DNA of 64,000 nucleotides from Treponemataceae bacterium (GTDB lineage Bacteria; Spirochaetota; Spirochaetia; Treponematales; Rectinemataceae), in assembly GCA_963678065.2 (NCBI GenBank), contig CAXXVZ010000003.1, forward strand, positions 992,001 through 1,056,000. The letters are read 5' to 3'. The notes under the pieces were generated by a model, which was given only the letters and a program-made list of their open reading frames with translations, was not told the origin of the DNA and made no database searches. Positions within the stretch are counted from its first letter, which is position 1. The number at the start of each line of letters is the position of its first letter. Made by a program: the position numbers and the translations under genes. Positions 58,946-64,000 of this stretch are shown piece after piece.

Positions 58946-59832
58946 CAGGAGGCTGACCTTGCGGTCGACCGCGCCGCGGCCTCCACCGTGTTGGCGAGGA
59001 GCATGGTGATGGTCATGGGACCGACTCCGCCCGGAACAGGGGTTATCCAGCCGGCGACGGCCGCGGCGGATTCGTAGTCGACATCGCCTTTGAGCCGGTA
59101 TCCCTTGGAGGAGGAAGAATCCTCCACCCTGTTGACTCCGACGTCGATGACGCAGGCCCCGGGCCTGATCATGTCGCCCGTCACGAGGCCGGCGCGGCCG
59201 GCGCAGGCGATGAGGATATCGGCTTCGCGGCAGTGTCCGGCGAGATCCTTCGTGCCCGTGTGGCAGACGGTTACGGTCGCGTTGATCGAGCGGCGGACGA
59301 GAAGGTTCATGAGGGGCTTGCCGACGATGTTGGATCTTCCCACGACGACTGCCCGCGCACCCTCGGTCTTTACGCCCGAACGCCTGATGAGCTCGATCAC
59401 GCCTGCGGGCGTGCAGGGCAGGTAGCAGGGTTCGTCGAGGACCATGCGCCCCACGTTGATGGGCGTGAAGCCATCCACGTCCTTTTCGGGGGCGATGGCG
59501 GCGATGACAGCGCGCTCGTCGATGTGCTTCGGGACGGGAAGCTGGACGAGAATGCCGTGGACGGCCGGATCGGCGTTGAATGCCCGGACGACGGCGAGAA
59601 GCTCATCCTGGCTGGTGCTTGCAGGAAGGCGCCGCTCGAAGCTCGCGAGGCCGTTCTCCGCGCAGGCCTTCTCTTTGGCCGTGACATAGGAAACCGAGGC
59701 GGGATCTTCGCCGACGAGGACGACGGCAAGACCGGGCACGATGCCCCGCGCGGTCAGCGAGGCGACCTTTTCCTTAATCTCCGCGCGGATATCGCGCGCA
59801 ACAGCTTTTCCGTCGATTATGGTGGCACTCAT
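58945..59832 (-). CDS. folD: methylene-THF dehydrogenase/cyclohydrolase
   Basis: IIDGK, YV..K, GILVQLP, KDVDG, PCTP, GRSNIVGKP, TPVPGGVGPMT. Confidence 0.97.
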   Translation of the reverse strand: MSATIIDGKAVARDIRAEIKEKVASLTARGIVPGLAVVLVGEDPASVSYVTAKEKACAENGLASFERRLPASTSQDELLAVVRAFNADPAVHGILVQLPVPKHIDERAVIAAIAPEKDVDGFTPINVGRMVLDEPCYLPCTPAGVIELIRRSGVKTEGARAVVVGRSNIVGKPLMNLLVRRSINATVTVCHTGTKDLAGHCREADILIACAGRAGLVTGDMIRPGACVIDVGVNRVEDSSSSKGYRLKGDVDYESAAAVAGWITPVPGGVGPMTITMLLANTVEAAARSTARSAS

Positions 59833-59838
59833 ACCCAT

Positions 59839-59890
59839 ACTATACGGAGAGCTCCGCCGATTGACAAGAGAAGGAGGGGCTTCGGATAAT
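59839..59890. promoter_or_regulatory. back-to-back divergent promoters sharing one -35 element
   Basis: TTGACAA at 59861-67 reads TTGACA-N18-GATAAT on plus and TTGTCA-N17-TATAGT on minus. Confidence 0.7.
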
Positions 59891-59896
59891 ATCATT

Positions 59897-61204
59897 ATGA
59901 TACACGACATGCCTGTTTTCCCGACGCCGGCGAACGCGGCGCGGCTCTCCGCGCTCTCGATTTATCAGGTATTCATCCGCAACTTTACCCCGGAAGGAAA
60001 CTTCGCCGCCGCCATCCCCTTCCTCGGCGGAATCAGGGAGCTCGGTTTCGACTATGTCTACCTGACACCGGTCCACCCAGTAGGGAAAGTCGCGCGCAAG
60101 GGGCAGGCGGGGAGCCCCTACGCCATCAGCGACTATCGGGCGGTGGACCCTCTTCTCGGGGGAGAGAAAGGATTCAGGGCCTTCCTCGACGCAACCCACG
60201 GCCACGGCCTCGGCGTCATCATCGATGTGGTTTACAACCACACTTCCCCCGATTCCGTCCTGGCGAAATACCACCCCGGGTGGTTTTACCGGGACGCCGC
60301 GGGAGCGCCGACGCCGCGTGTGGCCGAGTGGTCAGACGTCGTCGATCTGGACTACTCCGTGCCGGACTTGCGCGAATACCAGATCGAAACCCTCGAAAAC
60401 TGGGTGCGCTTCGGTGTCGACGGATTCCGCTGCGATGTCGCGAGCCTCGTGCCCGCTCCCTTCTGGGTCGAGGCGCGCGGGCGCGTTTCGGCCATCAGGC
60501 CCGTGCTCTGGCTCGCCGAAAGCGTGCATAAGGAATTCGTCGTCGATTTGCGTAGAAAAGGGATACCCGTCTGGTCCGATCCGGAACTCCACCAGGCATT
60601 CGACCTTAGCTACGATTATGACGGCAGAGAAGATATCGAGTCGGCCTGGAGGGGCTCTGCTCCCCTTTCGAACTATCTCCGCCACCTCATCGTCCAGGAA
60701 GCTCTCTATCCCGAGAGCGCCTGCAAGCTGCGTTTTCTCGAGAATCACGACCAGGAGAGAGCCGCCCACCGCTTCGGGACAGGCGATGCCCTGCGGAACT
60801 GGACGGCCTTCGCCATGCTCCTTCCGGGAACTTTCATGGCCTACATGGGCCAGGAAATCGCCCTCGCGGCGCGGCCTTCCCTCTTCGATCCCGATCCGAT
60901 CGACAGGGCCGCAGGCTCGACGGAGTTCAGGAAATTCTTCGCCTCCTGGCATGGCTTCACGAAAAGCCTGAAAGCGCGCGCTCCCCTGTGCGACATGGAA
61001 GAGATCGCGGCCGGGCTCGTCCTCGTGAGATGTTCGGCGCGGGGAGGAAAAACGCTCGCCGTCGCCATACTCAACCTGGACGGACGCTCCGGCACAGTCA
61101 AACTGCCTTCTTCGTGGGAAGGGAAGGATCCCTTCACCGGCCGCACCGTGAAGGCGGGTCAGAAGTTCGAACTCAGGAGGGAACCCTTCGCGATCGAACT
61201 TTAG
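59897..61204 (+). CDS. GH13 alpha-amylase family glycosidase
   Basis: IYQVFIR, GSPYAISDY, DVVYNHT, GFRCDVA, LAES, FLENHD. Confidence 0.93.
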   Translation: MIHDMPVFPTPANAARLSALSIYQVFIRNFTPEGNFAAAIPFLGGIRELGFDYVYLTPVHPVGKVARKGQAGSPYAISDYRAVDPLLGGEKGFRAFLDATHGHGLGVIIDVVYNHTSPDSVLAKYHPGWFYRDAAGAPTPRVAEWSDVVDLDYSVPDLREYQIETLENWVRFGVDGFRCDVASLVPAPFWVEARGRVSAIRPVLWLAESVHKEFVVDLRRKGIPVWSDPELHQAFDLSYDYDGREDIESAWRGSAPLSNYLRHLIVQEALYPESACKLRFLENHDQERAAHRFGTGDALRNWTAFAMLLPGTFMAYMGQEIALAARPSLFDPDPIDRAAGSTEFRKFFASWHGFTKSLKARAPLCDMEEIAAGLVLVRCSARGGKTLAVAILNLDGRSGTVKLPSSWEGKDPFTGRTVKAGQKFELRREPFAIEL

Positions 61205-61216
61205 AGGCATGGGGTT

Positions 61217-62437
61217 TTAGGTTACAGAGCCAGCATCCTCGAGGAGCCTGTCGAAGAGGCTCAGGTAGCGTCGCGCGCACTCCTCTGTCCTTTCGGGCTG
61301 CGCGATGAGGCTCGCCGCGAAGAATGCCTCCCTCTCCATGTCGAAAAAATAGCCGGGATGTATCCAGACCCCCCCCTCGGCGAGAAGGCGGCGGGCCAGT
61401 TCCTCTTCGGATTCAAGCCGGGGACTCTGCAGGAGGGCCGTCCATCCTCCCTCGCAGCGGAGGACGCGGTGGGGGGAGGCGGGCTTCTCCAGAGTGTCTC
61501 GCAGGATGGACATGTTTTCGGCCATTCTGGCCCTCGTCGCGCCGACGAATGCATCCGACTCGCGAAGTATGGACGGCAGGGCGAGCATGACGGGCGTGCC
61601 GGCGGAAAGATAGGAATCGGCTATGATCTCGAGCCGCGCCATGGCTTCCCGGACTTCGACTCCGGGACCGGAAACCGTCGTCCACGCGAGTTTGAAGCCC
61701 GGAAGCCCCGCCAGCTTGGAGAGCCCGTCCAGAGTGAAGCAAGGGACGCGGTTTTCTCCCGCAAAACTCCGGCGCCCGTCCCGCGCCTCGAAGGCGAAAT
61801 CGAAGAAGACCTCGTCGGAAATGATGGCGAGCCCGCAGCGCTCGCAGAGTTCCAGGATTGTTTCCCGCTCGGCCTTCTGGATGTAGGACCCCGTCGGATT
61901 GTTGGGATTGATGAGGACGATCGCCTTCACTCTCTTGCCTGCGGGGGATGCGAGGAAAGAGGCCAGTCCGTCGGTATCGACGCTCCAACCCGAGGGGTGG
62001 GCGTATTCAAGCCGGTAAGGAAGGACCCGGACAGCCTCAAGGCCGGCGAGGTAGTCGAACAGCGGATAGCCCGGCTTGGGGACGAGGACGGCATCCCCAG
62101 GATCGCAGAGAAGCTTGAAGAGCCAGCTGTAGGCCTCGGAGGTGGAGGCGCCGAGAAAGATGTTCCCCGGCGGCATCCCGATTCCTCTTCCGGCAAAGCG
62201 CGCCGAGAGGGCCTCGCGGGCGGAGATGAGCCCGCGGGGATCGGGACTGTATCCGAGCGCCGAGGGACCGGAAAGAAGGCCGGGAAAACCTGACCAGATG
62301 CCGGCACAGAGTCCCGCCCTGGAGGGATTGCTCTCGGAGAAATCGAGGATCGTGCCCCCGCGCCGCAGGATGTCGGCTTTGAGGAGAGAGAGGGGGTTGG
62401 AAGGCAGGGGCCAATCGAGTCTGTCGGAGAATTTCAT
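61217..62437 (-). CDS. PLP-dependent aminotransferase, class I/II
   Basis: ESNP, STSEAY, NPNNPTG, SDEVF, GLSKLAGLP. Confidence 0.9.
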   Translation of the reverse strand: MKFSDRLDWPLPSNPLSLLKADILRRGGTILDFSESNPSRAGLCAGIWSGFPGLLSGPSALGYSPDPRGLISAREALSARFAGRGIGMPPGNIFLGASTSEAYSWLFKLLCDPGDAVLVPKPGYPLFDYLAGLEAVRVLPYRLEYAHPSGWSVDTDGLASFLASPAGKRVKAIVLINPNNPTGSYIQKAERETILELCERCGLAIISDEVFFDFAFEARDGRRSFAGENRVPCFTLDGLSKLAGLPGFKLAWTTVSGPGVEVREAMARLEIIADSYLSAGTPVMLALPSILRESDAFVGATRARMAENMSILRDTLEKPASPHRVLRCEGGWTALLQSPRLESEEELARRLLAEGGVWIHPGYFFDMEREAFFAASLIAQPERTEECARRYLSLFDRLLEDAGSVT

Positions 62438-62487
62438 CAGGATGGAGAGTATAGCCTGAATGAGCGAAGGGATGTACACTCGGTTCC

Positions 62488-63402
62488 GTGAACGGCCAGA
62501 ATCGGAAAGGCGCGCCCGGCGGAAGCTCAGGGTTCGGAGCGCCGGCGGGAACGCAGGGACCCGTCGTGTTCGAAGGAGCATGGCTCGTGGAAAGGGCCTG
62601 CGCGTCCAGGCTGGACATCACCGAGATTCTCTGCGTTCCCGCGCGGGAAGCCTGGGCCAGGACTCTCATCGCCAGCCGGACGAGCGGGGGCGGAGAAGCT
62701 CTCCCGGTCCCGAGGGTCCTTCCGGAAGCTGAGCTCTCCGGAATCGCGGGCTATGCCTTCCACAGGGGCGTCATCGCCTTCGCGAGAAGGCCAGCCGCGT
62801 CTGAGCCCGGAGTCATGCTCGCAGGGATCGTCCCGGCGATTGCCGGCAGAGCAAGCATTCTCGTCCTTCCCGAAACCATCGACCCCGAAAATCTCGGAGC
62901 CTCGTTCCGCAACGCGGCCGCCTTTGGCTGCGCTGCCCTCCTCCTCGGTCCCGGCTGCCCCGATCCCTTTTCACGCCGCGTTCTCCGTGTCTCGATGGGC
63001 GCCCCCTTGAGCCTTCCCTGGGCGAGAATCTCCGGCCCGGCGGATCTCATCCTCTGCGGCGTTTATGGCTTCACGACGGCCGCCTGCGTCCTCGATCCCG
63101 AAGCTCCGGATCTCCGGACCTGGGATCCCCCTCCCCGCCTCGCCCTCGTGCTCGGGAACGAGGCCTACGGCCTCTCTCCTGAATGGCTCGCGGCCTGCAA
63201 GACGCGAGTGACCCTGCCGATGGGCTCCGGAGCCGATTCGCTGAATGTCGCCACGGCCGGGGCGGTGTTCCTCTACGCTCTTTCGGCTCGGGATGCCCAA
63301 GCCCGGAATTCCATCCCGCCTTCTACCGAATCGGTGACTTCCGGCGATCCAGAGTCCGCAGGAGAAGCCTCGCCGGGAGCCGAAGTTCCCGCGTTTTCAT
63401 GA
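62488..63402 (+). CDS. TrmH/SpoU family RNA methyltransferase
   Basis: FHRGV, DPENLGASFRNAAAFG, RVSMG, LGNEAYGL, DSLNVATA. Confidence 0.92.
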   Translation: MNGQNRKGAPGGSSGFGAPAGTQGPVVFEGAWLVERACASRLDITEILCVPAREAWARTLIASRTSGGGEALPVPRVLPEAELSGIAGYAFHRGVIAFARRPAASEPGVMLAGIVPAIAGRASILVLPETIDPENLGASFRNAAAFGCAALLLGPGCPDPFSRRVLRVSMGAPLSLPWARISGPADLILCGVYGFTTAACVLDPEAPDLRTWDPPPRLALVLGNEAYGLSPEWLAACKTRVTLPMGSGADSLNVATAGAVFLYALSARDAQARNSIPPSTESVTSGDPESAGEASPGAEVPAFS

Positions 63403-63430
63403 AAACCTCGTGCATCGTGCGATATTTGTA

Positions 63431-63459
63431 TTGACATATTTCTATATTGAAAATATCAT
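63431..63459 (+). promoter_or_regulatory. sigma70 promoter with AT-rich inverted repeat
   Basis: TTGACA-N17-TATCAT; ATATTT-N9-AAATAT at 63436-56. Confidence 0.6.
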
Positions 63460-63478
63460 ATATTGATAAGGAACAGAC

Positions 63479-64000
63479 ATGGAAAAGAAAATCGTGATTG
63501 TCGGTGGTGTTGCGGCGGGAGCGACAGCGGCGGCCCGCATCCGGAGACTCGACGAAACAGCCTCCATCACCATCATAGAGAAGGGCCCCTACGTCTCCTT
63601 CGCCAACTGCGGACTTCCCTACAGGATTTCAGGCGACATAGCCAAGCGCAGCGCCCTCATACTCCAGACGCCGGAGGGTTTTCTCGCCAGGTACAAGGTC
63701 GAAGTCCAGCTCTCCACCGAGGCCATCGCCATCGACCGCGCCGGAAAAAACCTGAAAGTCCGCGGCCCGGAGGGCGAAAAGGACATTCCCTACGACAGCC
63801 TTATCCTGGCCCAGGGCGGCTCGCCCTTCACTCCGGGCATCGCGGGCACCGGCGCGGCCCATGTCTTCAAGCTCTGGACCATCCCCGACATGGACGCGAT
63901 CCAGAAATACATCGAGAACGAAAAACCTGCCAGCGCTCTCGTCCTCGGGGGAGGCTTCATAGGGCTCGAGGTTGCCGAAGCGTTCATAAAGCGAGGACTG
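63479..64000 (+). CDS. CoA-disulfide reductase / NADH oxidase family flavoprotein (truncated by window end)
   Basis: MEKKIVIVGGVAAGATAAARIRR, SFANCGLPY, LGGGFIGLE; SD AAGGA. Confidence 0.92.
   Translation, partial: MEKKIVIVGGVAAGATAAARIRRLDETASITIIEKGPYVSFANCGLPYRISGDIAKRSALILQTPEGFLARYKVEVQLSTEAIAIDRAGKNLKVRGPEGEKDIPYDSLILAQGGSPFTPGIAGTGAAHVFKLWTIPDMDAIQKYIENEKPASALVLGGGFIGLEVAEAFIKRGL

Overview
High-GC, gene-dense chromosomal segment that looks like a Spirochaetota (Treponemataceae/Rectinema-like) core genome region. The assignment rests on recognisable spirochete families: a TP0733-like beta-barrel, a TP0136-like lipoprotein, a pallilysin-related adhesin and an EDPR-type MurE. About 57 CDSs cover peptidoglycan (murD, murE, ddl, a DacA-type carboxypeptidase), folate/pterin (folC, folD, folE2, queD), Fe-S assembly (Rrf2-iscS-iscU), RNA metabolism (asnS, rnz, DEAD-box helicase, miaB, TrmH-like), transport (liv-type ABC, heterodimeric exporter, Gld-like ABC, ZIP, AEC), amino-acid catabolism (proline-dehydrogenase/sarcosine-oxidase-like pair, rocD) and DNA repair. 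I see no rRNA, tRNA, CRISPR, IS or phage genes. Most notable unannotated signals: (1) ARG-box-like operators linking rocD, the flavoprotein pair, the liv-type transporter and an OMP, beside an ornithine-type MurE; (2) a ~230-nt structured leader upstream of the liv-type binding protein that I cannot assign to a known riboswitch class; (3) about a dozen apparently leaderless promoters; (4) a divergent TIGR03960-like radical SAM fusion coupled to a DEAD-box helicase. All family calls are by motif recognition, not database search.
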